A DNA stretch of 50,597 bases from Shigella phage S2_02. The stretch is from sequence record OQ223306, one strand, 5' to 3'. The notes under the pieces were generated by a model that saw only the letters and a program-made list of their open reading frames with translations, made no database searches and was not told where the DNA came from. Both the position numbers and the translations under genes were made by a program. Each line of letters opens with the position of its first letter. Positions within the stretch are counted from its first letter, which is position 1. Below are positions 43,742 through 50,597 of this stretch, one piece after another.

Positions 43742-44142
43742 TGAGACTTAAGAAAACGTGCATTGCGATTGCAGTGGCTGTTGGTGTTATTTCTCTATCC
43801 GGTTGCTCGACAGCATCTGCCCTGAGCGGTTTAATCGGATCTAAACCGGAAGTTACAGCACAAATCGGAGAGGAGAATACAAAGCAATTAGCAGGAGTAA
43901 CCGCAAAATCCGAAGATAAGCGAGATGTTAAAGTTGAGAAGTCCAATGTAGGAAAGATTGACTCTTCCTTGAAGAAGTCAATTGAAGTGTCAACCATTAA
44001 GGCCAACACAGTTAACGCTGAAAGCATCACAGTAACAAAACCGGAAAACTGGTACGACGCTATCGTTGGCTGGATTCTCGTTTTTATTGGTCTATTGCTG
44101 GTTTATTTTTCACTTCGTAAGGACGAAAAAAAGGAGGCTTAG
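43738..44142 (+). CDS. unimolecular spanin (134 aa)
   Basis: ORF track; N-terminal lipoprotein signal with lipobox LSGC plus C-terminal transmembrane helix in one polypeptide, as in T1-type u-spanin. Confidence 0.7.
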   Translation: MMRLKKTCIAIAVAVGVISLSGCSTASALSGLIGSKPEVTAQIGEENTKQLAGVTAKSEDKRDVKVEKSNVGKIDSSLKKSIEVSTIKANTVNAESITVTKPENWYDAIVGWILVFIGLLLVYFSLRKDEKKEA

Positions 44143-44153
44143 CCTCCTTTGTT
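44125..44153. terminator. Bidirectional Rho-independent terminator
   Basis: AAGGAGGC-tta-GCCTCCTT with A-run upstream and T-rich downstream; between convergent gene ends. Confidence 0.6.
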
Positions 44154-44355
44154 ATTTGTACCTTTTGACATGGAGAAGCAACTCCACATCCTGATCGCAA
44201 AGATTATGCTCGCTGTCATTGTTGGCCCTCATTGAAGTAAGTAACAGGCTGAGTAACCCCTGTTCAAATTCTTCCTTTGTAAGCTGGAGTCTTGCGCACA
44301 ATTCGACGTTCCGATCTATCAATGTTTCTACGTTCGCCAAACAAATCCTCATCAC
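44152..44355 (-). CDS. hypothetical protein (67 aa), overlaps end of upstream gene
   Basis: ORF track; SD GGAGAG before ATGATG; overlaps 44264..44671 by 92 nt. Confidence 0.3.
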   Translation of the reverse strand: MMRICLANVETLIDRNVELCARLQLTKEEFEQGLLSLLLTSMRANNDSEHNLCDQDVELLLHVKRYK

Positions 44356-44671
44356 TCATCTCTCCAATATGCATCATTTCCCATGTATACCGATTGTTGT
44401 AACCATCAATACACATCAGCTTCATCATTACCGGGCGCTTAATCTTTCCCTTGCACCAGTAAACACCATCCTTGCGATCCAAGTAACCCTCAGTCACACA
44501 ACGAGCGCAAAACTCCTTAGATAGCGAGCTTGTAAATTCACGGTGAGTCATTCCAGCAGCCTTAGCAAATCGCTCACTTTCCTTGTGGGCGTATATAAAT
44601 TTCGCTATGTGCTGTCGGGTGTATTTGTCGTAACCTTCGCAGAACCTGAACAGATCTAAAAGAAGCAGCAT
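44264..44671 (-). CDS. hypothetical protein (135 aa)
   Basis: ORF track; Cys/His-containing, basic C-terminus. Confidence 0.45.
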   Translation of the reverse strand: MLLLLDLFRFCEGYDKYTRQHIAKFIYAHKESERFAKAAGMTHREFTSSLSKEFCARCVTEGYLDRKDGVYWCKGKIKRPVMMKLMCIDGYNNRYTWEMMHIGEMSDEDLFGERRNIDRSERRIVRKTPAYKGRI

Positions 44672-44675
44672 ATCA

Positions 44676-46244
44676 TTAACCCATCAGTCTAGGATTGATG
44701 AAAACAATATCATCAATGCGGCAAGTGTAGTTCATCTCTTCGAGCGTGATCAGCAGGCTATCGATTCGCTCAGATACTTTCTGTTGACCGCTGAACGGCG
44801 TAACGTTCCGGCACTTTGCAACAATGCTATGAATAGGTGCGCGGCCTTTGTTCTTCTTCGCGATCTCAGTGATAACATCAATCAGCTTACGAGATTCAGC
44901 CTCATCACCAGCATACCCGGCAGCGCTGGCAGACGACAGATAAGTCCTGGAAAGCTCATTGAAAATCATGATCGCTTCCTGCATTGTTTCAAGGTCAATC
45001 TCACGGTTGGCCCGGTTCGGTGATTCACCCTCCCAATTCTTGATCGTGTGGAGAACTGAAGCAATACGCAGGGCGTGCTTATCGAACTTACCGAGATGAC
45101 CGCGTAGCATTGAGTGAGAGTATTTTCCCCCTGCGGCGAAATCCGGTTCCATCGCCTGACGCGCAAGGTTTAATTCACGCATAGCATTACGGCTCACAGA
45201 TAGAACAACGTTATCCTCTTTCATGATGTTGTGGACGAGTCGATAGTATTTGCTAACCAATCCGCGATCGACTTCCTTATACAGTGCATCACCATTTTCA
45301 TCGCAAAGAATACGAGTACCTAAAAGCGGTTCCTCGCGAACCAATAGGAAACGCTCAGATACACCGATACCGCGCTGGCCTGCGTCCATGATACCCTTGA
45401 TTGTTTCATCCTGCGCAATGACGCAGATCGAACCGACCGGGCAAAGAGATAAGTTGTTGTCCTGATTTGAACGCGCGACCTCCATATGGTTTTTATCCCA
45501 CGCCTTAAGGATAAGCTCGCTGTTTGATTTCTTATCAGAACCGCCATAGGTCAGTCCCAGCAATGTATTTATTGCTGTTGCCTCATCAGAGATTACGGAG
45601 AAGTGACCTTGAACAGCCGCCACCTTCGCAAGACCTTCAGGTGTAGGATCTGATACCGCGAAAACAATATCAGCCATCTTCTTGATCTTCTCTTCCAGTT
45701 TTTCTTTGTCCTCGTACAGAGCAGCCGTCGTGTTGCCTTTAGGATCGTTTTTTATTTCCTTCTCGACCTGACGTAGCTGACTGGTTAAACGGATACGTTC
45801 CTTTTTACGCTCTTCATTCAGTCGCTGAATCTCCGCACGCATAGGTGTAATCGCCGCTGAGTTAATCGCTGATTTACCTGTTGACGGTGGCTGGCTAATC
45901 ACCATATAAAGAGCGGTCGGTTGTTCTTCTCCGTGATATTGCACCCAAAACTTCCCGAGCATCGCGGCTGAGATGCACCCAATGAAATGAGCGTACGCAG
46001 ACGAAACAGGAAACTGTACAGACTCAGCCTTTGCCTTTGCATATTCGAATACCAGGTTATCGCCACCTAACGAAATCAGAGGGAACTTATCGTTTCCACT
46101 GTTGATATCGATCGGATCTTGCCAAAACGAAACTGAATCCCCATAGCTGTTTTCACGAATTGCGATCGCCACCGGATTAACTCCAGTGCTATTTGCGATC
46201 TCAATAATCTGTTGGTAATTCAGTTTTGGCTTAATATTAAACAT
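44676..46244 (-). CDS. putative P-loop ATPase, replication/recombination-associated (522 aa)
   Basis: ORF-track frame 44676..46307; ATG 46244 has SD AAGGAG; Walker-A-like PPSTGKSA. Confidence 0.6.
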   Translation of the reverse strand: MFNIKPKLNYQQIIEIANSTGVNPVAIAIRENSYGDSVSFWQDPIDINSGNDKFPLISLGGDNLVFEYAKAKAESVQFPVSSAYAHFIGCISAAMLGKFWVQYHGEEQPTALYMVISQPPSTGKSAINSAAITPMRAEIQRLNEERKKERIRLTSQLRQVEKEIKNDPKGNTTAALYEDKEKLEEKIKKMADIVFAVSDPTPEGLAKVAAVQGHFSVISDEATAINTLLGLTYGGSDKKSNSELILKAWDKNHMEVARSNQDNNLSLCPVGSICVIAQDETIKGIMDAGQRGIGVSERFLLVREEPLLGTRILCDENGDALYKEVDRGLVSKYYRLVHNIMKEDNVVLSVSRNAMRELNLARQAMEPDFAAGGKYSHSMLRGHLGKFDKHALRIASVLHTIKNWEGESPNRANREIDLETMQEAIMIFNELSRTYLSSASAAGYAGDEAESRKLIDVITEIAKKNKGRAPIHSIVAKCRNVTPFSGQQKVSERIDSLLITLEEMNYTCRIDDIVFINPRLMG

Positions 46245-46273
46245 CACAATAAACTCCTTAGTTGACGGTGTGA

Positions 46274-46318
46274 ATGATACACCGCCAATGGTACACGCGT
46301 TTTGCAAAAAGTGCTATT
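46274..46318 (-). promoter_or_regulatory. Leftward early promoter module (box + 18 bp + TATCAT on minus strand)
   Basis: Box (revcomp AATAGCACTTTTTGCAAAACG) 46298-46318; minus-strand -10 at 46274-46279. Confidence 0.45.
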
Positions 46319-46320
46319 GG

Positions 46321-46737
46321 TTATAAGTATTTGGCCTCAAAGGTTGTGCCGTCTGCAATGATGAATCCGACATCCGCACGAAATAAGGTCCAGCGGCAAC
46401 CGTCCTCATCAAAGATGTAACCAGCCACAGCACCGAGAGCGCGACCGCTTTCTACCTGGTAACGCTTTCCAACCTTGAATGATTTTTTCATCGGGTTGCG
46501 ATGGTCAAGTCCGGTGCACTTGAGCGTCTTTGTTTTCAACTCAGTGAACTTCGCGAAGAAGATTTCATCAGATCCGTGAATATGTAATTCATCATGCTTT
46601 TCAAGTTTTAAATACTTCCCGCATTTTAACTTGATTTCACGAGTGCCATCATATCGCTCACGACCTTTGTATAGGTTGTTTACTTCAAATCCTGTGATTT
46701 TATCTGCGTGAGTACATTTCAGTTTGATGGATTTCAT
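46321..46737 (-). CDS. hypothetical protein (138 aa)
   Basis: ORF track; SD AATCAGGAG. Confidence 0.55.
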   Translation of the reverse strand: MKSIKLKCTHADKITGFEVNNLYKGRERYDGTREIKLKCGKYLKLEKHDELHIHGSDEIFFAKFTELKTKTLKCTGLDHRNPMKKSFKVGKRYQVESGRALGAVAGYIFDEDGCRWTLFRADVGFIIADGTTFEAKYL

Positions 46738-46773
46738 TTCGTTAACTCCTGATTGGTTATCTTGAATAAGGTC

Positions 46774-46818
46774 ACTTTATCAAATGACCTTACGGCAACA
46801 TTAACAAATCGTGCTATT
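46774..46818 (-). promoter_or_regulatory. Leftward early promoter module (box + 18 bp + TAAAGT)
   Basis: Box 46798-46818; -10 inside hairpin AAGGTCA/TGACCTT (46768-46792), which differs from the 3791-3817 hairpin by compensatory changes. Confidence 0.5.
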
Positions 46819-47027
46819 TACCAGGGAATATAATCGTCGTCGTCTTCATTAATATCATCACTATGTAATTCAAAGTTAGGATCGTATTCGCTTTCAGCAT
46901 CCATATCCATATCGCCAAGAGCCTCATCAAGTGTTATTTCTTTATATGCAACCTTGACGCACCATTCGGCACTAAGTCCAGCATCAAGCGCTGCGAAATA
47001 ACGGGTCCAAAAATTATCCTGCTCCAT
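46818..47027 (-). CDS. small highly acidic protein (69 aa)
   Basis: ORF track; Asp/Glu-rich (DMDMDAESEYDPNFELHSDDINEDDDDYIPW). Confidence 0.5.
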   Translation of the reverse strand: MEQDNFWTRYFAALDAGLSAEWCVKVAYKEITLDEALGDMDMDAESEYDPNFELHSDDINEDDDDYIPW

Positions 47028-47030
47028 TAA

Positions 47031-47255
47031 TTAACTCCATGAATTAATATAAATTGAGTTTGCTTCAAGCGTAGCACGAACATCGGCATCTGTTGCATTT
47101 ACTAAGCGCGAGCATGGCGTGCTTCCGATAACGTTATTACCGTTACGAGTCTTAGTTACCGTCATTGAAATAAAGCCGGAAGACTTATCCATTTTGATAA
47201 CTACACGGCCTTTCGCGTTCAGGTGCTTGATGATATTCTCAACTTTAATGCTCAT
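47031..47255 (-). CDS. hypothetical protein (74 aa)
   Basis: ORF track; SD AAGGAA. Confidence 0.5.
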   Translation of the reverse strand: MSIKVENIIKHLNAKGRVVIKMDKSSGFISMTVTKTRNGNNVIGSTPCSRLVNATDADVRATLEANSIYINSWS

Positions 47256-47287
47256 TTTTAATTCCTTTGTTTGTTTGGTGTGGGAGT

Positions 47288-47333
47288 AATATACCTTACT
47301 CCCTGCTGATTGTCTTTAGCTATTCGTGCTATC
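47288..47333 (-). promoter_or_regulatory. Leftward early promoter module (box + 19 bp + TATATT)
   Basis: Box 47313-47333; -10 within hairpin GGGAGTAA/TTACTCCC (47282-47303). Confidence 0.45.
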
Positions 47334-47475
47334 AGTACTCAGAAATTACTTTGCACTCTTTGATTGTGCCGCCTAGAACTACTTTCTGCATCATTGCTTT
47401 TTGGTGGCTATCGTAGACGCGAACATTTTTTACGCTGTTAAATTTGCCAGTATAGAAAGTGTGAATATAAATCAT
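47332..47475 (-). CDS. hypothetical small protein (47 aa)
   Basis: ATGA overlap with upstream gene stop; stop TGA adjoins box; below ORF-track cutoff. Confidence 0.3.
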   Translation of the reverse strand: MIYIHTFYTGKFNSVKNVRVYDSHQKAMMQKVVLGGTIKECKVISEY

Positions 47476-47858
47476 TTTTTACCGTCCCATGTTTGATATG
47501 CCGTAACCAGGTTAATGCTATGGTCGAACTCGTCAACGCTAAGCGATCCAATTCGAACAATCTCCTTGTTGTGCTTAATGTCAATCATCCGGCTGCATGG
47601 ATGACCTGGAACGTATTTAAATAGACGCTTGCTGTCGGCAATGTCTGCGTTAATTCCGTAGAATCGGCCTACTGCCGCCTTAACGCGCTCCATGATGTTT
47701 TTTTCGTGGATTGCTGCCGCGTTATTTAGTGCCGCAACCGTGCTTCCGTTAATCTTCGGTGACTTCGTTGTGATTTTGTAAGTGTGGTTCATTATTCCCC
47801 CTAACCAGTCAGGATAGCTTCCGCGCTTCATCAATGATAACAGGTTCGAGACGCTCAA
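47472..47858 (-). CDS. hypothetical protein (128 aa)
   Basis: ORF track. Confidence 0.55.
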   Translation of the reverse strand: MSVSNLLSLMKRGSYPDWLGGIMNHTYKITTKSPKINGSTVAALNNAAAIHEKNIMERVKAAVGRFYGINADIADSKRLFKYVPGHPCSRMIDIKHNKEIVRIGSLSVDEFDHSINLVTAYQTWDGKK

Positions 47859-48009
47859 GTCGAACGCGGAACGTGTTCATAAATCCCTCGTTATTCTTCA
47901 ATAACTCGAAGGCGTCCGTAGCTTCAATGGCGCTACTACCCATGTAAGCGATTACTTTTTTCTTAGTCTTGCGTGAGATCGCCACCACGCGGTAAATATT
48001 ATCACTCAT
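47809..48009 (-). CDS. hypothetical protein (66 aa)
   Basis: ORF-track frame 47809..48027; ATG 48009 preferred (SD AAGGAGG 7 nt upstream). Confidence 0.5.
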   Translation of the reverse strand: MSDNIYRVVAISRKTKKKVIAYMGSSAIEATDAFELLKNNEGFMNTFRVRLERLEPVIIDEARKLS

Positions 48010-48202
48010 ACAATGCCTCCTTAACACGATCCGCTACACATGAGTTAACGGTGATTGAATAGTTTGTCACGCCCCATAATGCAATATTGCCAAGCTCGGT
48101 ACGCATAGATGGATTGTTTAGCTGGATGATTGTCTCGCCAGTATCGTCATCGAAGAAACGAGACGCGCCAGAACGGTCCACCACGCGCGTTACGCGGTTC
48201 AC
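48002..48202 (-). CDS. hypothetical protein (66 aa)
   Basis: ORF track (GTG start); weak SD. Confidence 0.4.
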   Translation of the reverse strand: MNRVTRVVDRSGASRFFDDDTGETIIQLNNPSMRTELGNIALWGVTNYSITVNSCVADRVKEALYE

Positions 48203-48205
48203 GCA

Positions 48206-48373
48206 CTACATTACATCACTTACGCCGTAATAAGCGCTCAGAGCGGATCTCAAGGCCTTCTCTTGCTTGTTGTAAATATTGCGCGCGATGTTCTCGATCG
48301 CCACGCTTTCTTTCTCGTCAGTCTGGATTGCAGTGCTGGCTGAGAAGTCCAGATCTGTGAACTGATTAAACAT
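48206..48373 (-). CDS. hypothetical protein (55 aa)
   Basis: ORF-track frame 48206..48418; ATG 48373 (SD GAGGAAAG) is the first start downstream of predicted start of module 48405-48449. Confidence 0.45.
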   Translation of the reverse strand: MFNQFTDLDFSASTAIQTDEKESVAIENIARNIYNKQEKALRSALSAYYGVSDVM

Positions 48374-48404
48374 GATTCTTTCCTCGTTCTCTGTTGGTGG
48401 GATG

Positions 48405-48449
48405 ACTATACCAGCCATCCCGGATGCGCGTTTAGCAAAAAGTGCTATT
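48405..48449 (-). promoter_or_regulatory. Leftward early promoter module (box + 18 bp + TATAGT)
   Basis: Box 48429-48449; minus-strand TATAGT at 48405-48410; CATCC start-like motif. Confidence 0.5.
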
Positions 48450-48609
48450 CGATAACTTCCTTTGGAACGACCTTGATCTCATCAAAGAAGTTAGTCCTGT
48501 CATTCTCAGTGAGATTCTTGATCTCGTTAGCTTTGCTCTCGGTCGAGCATATCTCGATCAGTTCGTCACCTTCATAGTAGATGGTTCCAACCACGCAATA
48601 TACGATCAT
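48445..48609 (-). CDS. hypothetical small protein (54 aa)
   Basis: ATGA overlap with stop of 48606..48986; stop TAG inside box 48429-48449; below ORF-track cutoff. Confidence 0.35.
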   Translation of the reverse strand: MIVYCVVGTIYYEGDELIEICSTESKANEIKNLTENDRTNFFDEIKVVPKEVIE

Positions 48610-48986
48610 AATTTTTCCTCCAGCACTTCACGGATGCGGTTGATTGCATCCAACTTGTCGCAATCCCAACGAGTCGTTCCGTTATCCGGTCGCCCTTCAA
48701 ACGCGAGACTCACCTCTTCGAGAAGGTTGTCAATGATAGCCTCCTTCTCGTCGCCGTCCATCTTTCCGAACTCAACCGATCCGACGTAGCGATTGATATA
48801 AGCAATCATGCTTTTATGCTCTTCAATGGTAAAGATATCCGTGATACTGATCCCGGTATCGCGTTGAGTGATAATTACTCGATTGCTCGGGCGAATGATG
48901 CCGCCCACCAGGCGATTGCAAATCTCAACGGTAAAACCTTTCTCATTTGCGCGGTCAATTGCTGCCTGAAGTTTTGAATCTGTCAT
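48606..48986 (-). CDS. hypothetical protein (126 aa)
   Basis: ORF track; SD AATCAGGAGAA. Confidence 0.55.
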   Translation of the reverse strand: MTDSKLQAAIDRANEKGFTVEICNRLVGGIIRPSNRVIITQRDTGISITDIFTIEEHKSMIAYINRYVGSVEFGKMDGDEKEAIIDNLLEEVSLAFEGRPDNGTTRWDCDKLDAINRIREVLEEKL

Positions 48987-49016
48987 CTGGTGATTCTCCT
49001 GATTGGTTTATGTGTT

Positions 49017-49062
49017 CAATATACCCCGATTACCTTCGGGGCGTTTAGCAATTCGTGCTGTT
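49017..49062 (-). promoter_or_regulatory. Leftward box copy with hairpin; -10 weak
   Basis: Box (revcomp AACAGCACGAATTGCTAAACG) 49042-49062 with hairpin CCCCGA/TCGGGG; no good -10 at the expected spacing. Confidence 0.35.
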
Positions 49063-49396
49063 AATCAATATCGAACTCAGCGGCATACGCTTTCTTGAAG
49101 CCAGCTTCACGCATGGTACGCTTACTGATTTTTCGCGGGAACTTGTACTGGCTGTTAGGCTTAACCCACCAGAAGCAGGCAGTTTCGCGAACGATTTCAT
49201 ATTTACCATAGCGGGTGAAGGTGTCACGTTCAGCGTCCGGCTGGTTAACACAGGTCAGGAATTTAGCAGCTTTGTCTTCAGTTTTGATTTCTTCCCATAC
49301 GAAGGAATCCATACCGTTAACTTTGCAAGCTACCATGATGTACTCAACGCCGTTTTCGATTTTGATGATTTCGTTACCGCGATTTTCGTATTTCAT
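49061..49396 (-). CDS. hypothetical protein (111 aa)
   Basis: ORF track. Confidence 0.55.
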   Translation of the reverse strand: MKYENRGNEIIKIENGVEYIMVACKVNGMDSFVWEEIKTEDKAAKFLTCVNQPDAERDTFTRYGKYEIVRETACFWWVKPNSQYKFPRKISKRTMREAGFKKAYAAEFDID

Positions 49397-49434
49397 TTTC
49401 CTGCCCCTGATGTGTATCTCGTTTCGATGAAGTA

Positions 49435-49479
49435 ATTATGCCAAATCACACCGATCGAGTTTTAACAAAAAGTGCTATT
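49435..49479 (-). promoter_or_regulatory. Leftward early promoter module (box + 18 bp + CATAAT)
   Basis: Box 49459-49479 contains stop of HNH gene; minus-strand -10 at 49435-49440. Confidence 0.45.
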
Positions 49480-50002
49480 TGCCGTGGTTTTCATGGTATC
49501 CGTGTTCATATTCAGCGGCTTTCTTTGCGGAAATCGCATCATCAAAACTTGAGAAGCACCCTATGTAAATTCTCCTTCCTCGCTTTCCCCCTCCAATCCT
49601 TACAACCCATTTGCCATGTTTATTTTTATGCACACCTGGTATGCCACTTGTATTGTTTTTCTGTTTTGATGTGTTTCGCATATTTCCTTTGTGATCTTTT
49701 AGCTCAAAGTTTATTGCTCTGTTATCAGTCGTAATGTGATTTACGTGATCAACCTCCTTTCCTTCAGGTATAGTCCCATAGTGCATTTCATAGCATATTC
49801 TATGAACTTTTAGGTTATAACGTTTTCCGTTTATAGTAAGTGCGGTTTCTAAATATCTGCCACCACTACCCAAAGAGCCAACCTCATTACCAGCATTGCA
49901 AGCATTCCATTGTTTAACTCTTGATTTGTGGATATCTTTTCTTTCTTTCCAGAACAGCTTTCCAGTTTTCGGATTGTATGTAAAGTAATCATGCCAATTC
50001 AT
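49475..50002 (-). CDS. HNH endonuclease with AP2-like domain (175 aa)
   Basis: ORF track; HRICYEMHYGTIPEGKEVDHVNHITTDNR HNH core; paralog of 9130 and 38762 genes. Confidence 0.8.
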   Translation of the reverse strand: MNWHDYFTYNPKTGKLFWKERKDIHKSRVKQWNACNAGNEVGSLGSGGRYLETALTINGKRYNLKVHRICYEMHYGTIPEGKEVDHVNHITTDNRAINFELKDHKGNMRNTSKQKNNTSGIPGVHKNKHGKWVVRIGGGKRGRRIYIGCFSSFDDAISAKKAAEYEHGYHENHGK

Positions 50003-50114
50003 TCATCACCTCAAAACGGAAGATATCGCGCAAAGTTAAGTTCATGACCAGCAAGGCCGGAACCGTCAAATAGTGACCAGATTAATTTCACTTGTTGCAT
50101 TCTCCTGATTAACC

Positions 50115-50249
50115 TTATCGCTTACCCTGACCGTTGCAGGCCGGACACGTAATTCTCTGCATCATCCAGACTCCAGAGACTTCAGTGAATAACGGAACCA
50201 TAGTAAATCCACGACCAGCACACTGACTACAAATCTGTTTAACTCTCAT
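50115..50249 (-). CDS. small zinc-ribbon-like protein (44 aa)
   Basis: ATG with SD AGAGGAAG; two CxxC pairs (CSQC ... CPAC); below ORF-track cutoff. Confidence 0.4.
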   Translation of the reverse strand: MRVKQICSQCAGRGFTMVPLFTEVSGVWMMQRITCPACNGQGKR

Positions 50250-50283
50250 TTTTGCTTCCTCTTCTGATTGGTTGATGTGATGA

Positions 50284-50329
50284 ATCATACCCTGCCAACA
50301 TAGCTAAGTCGTTAGCAAAAAATGCTATT
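50284..50329 (-). promoter_or_regulatory. Leftward early promoter module (box + 19 bp + TATGAT), first of leftward early region
   Basis: Box (revcomp AATAGCATTTTTTGCTAACGA) 50309-50329; minus-strand -10 at 50284-50289; CATCA start-like motif. Confidence 0.45.
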
Positions 50330-50470
50330 CCAATAATTGCTCATTATTCCATCAATAGTGGAATATGTGGAATAATTTTGATTGTGATTGATTGCGAATG
50401 ATGAAACGTGATTATTGCATGGTGCGCAACAGTTGGTTGATTTGTTGCTGAGAATGCAATGATTGTGAGA
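50330..50470. repeat. Repeat-rich non-coding control region (TGGAAT/ATTCCA and GATTG repeats) ending in G8
   Basis: Short direct and inverted repeats read directly; continues across the assembly junction into 1-445. Confidence 0.5.
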
Positions 50471-50597
50471 GGGGGGGGAATTGGTGTTACCCAGTTCACC
50501 TGGTAGTCATCTCCATTTTTAGCAAAAAGTGCTATCCATTACGATTACGCTTGATTGTGTGTTAATCCATGTATATGATTTGCCTAAATCGCAATCG
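50471..50597. repeat. Terminal direct repeat copy 2 (identical to 1-127)
   Basis: Exact match to window start; repeat may continue beyond window end. Confidence 0.9.

Noticed and set aside
50040-50100. 21-codon ORF with strong SD (AATCAGGAGA) just downstream of the HNH gene start region
   Set aside because: Terminates after 21 codons; too short to call, though the conserved leader suggests it may once have headed a gene.
1-50597. CRISPR array, integrase or lysogeny module
   Set aside because: No spaced direct repeats of CRISPR type and no recombinase-like gene recognised; the genome looks virulent.

Overview
This window looks like a complete, circularly closed genome (about 50,470 unique bp) of a virulent T1-like siphovirus of enterobacteria; bases 1-127 are repeated exactly at 50471-50597, which is most simply a circular-assembly overlap. 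Family assignment rests on motif and synteny recognition only (no database search was possible). Layout: a rightward early region of small genes (484-8492); a late structural operon (TerS, HNH, TerL, portal, head proteins, major capsid, lambda-like tail module with a -1 frameshifted chaperone, tape measure, M/L/K/I/J) from 8577 to 29297; a convergent cor-like lipoprotein operon (29327-30516); a replication/recombination module (exonuclease, Erf, SSB, primase, SF2 helicase, Dam and others, 31043-42919) that also holds a tail-fibre gene with a C-terminal S74-type chaperone; a holin/endolysin/u-spanin lysis cassette (43038-44142); and a leftward early region (44152-50249). No integrase, repressor module, tRNA or CRISPR array was seen. 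The most striking feature is a roughly 21-bp box (consensus AATAGCAC-N4-TGCTAAAAC) present in about 25 copies. In early regions it sits 18-19 bp upstream of a -10-like hexamer with no -35 (activator-like position) and usually contains the stop codon of the upstream gene; at sigma70-like late and tail promoters a copy instead overlaps the spacer, start site or 5' UTR (operator-like position). Other points of interest are a dam gene interrupted by an in-frame TAA, GTGTAACA/GTGTCTAT motif arrays in both divergent control regions, three HNH-AP2 endonuclease paralogs, candidate anti-defence genes and several unannotated micro-ORFs. All functions are inferred from sequence features and would need homology searches and experiments to confirm.
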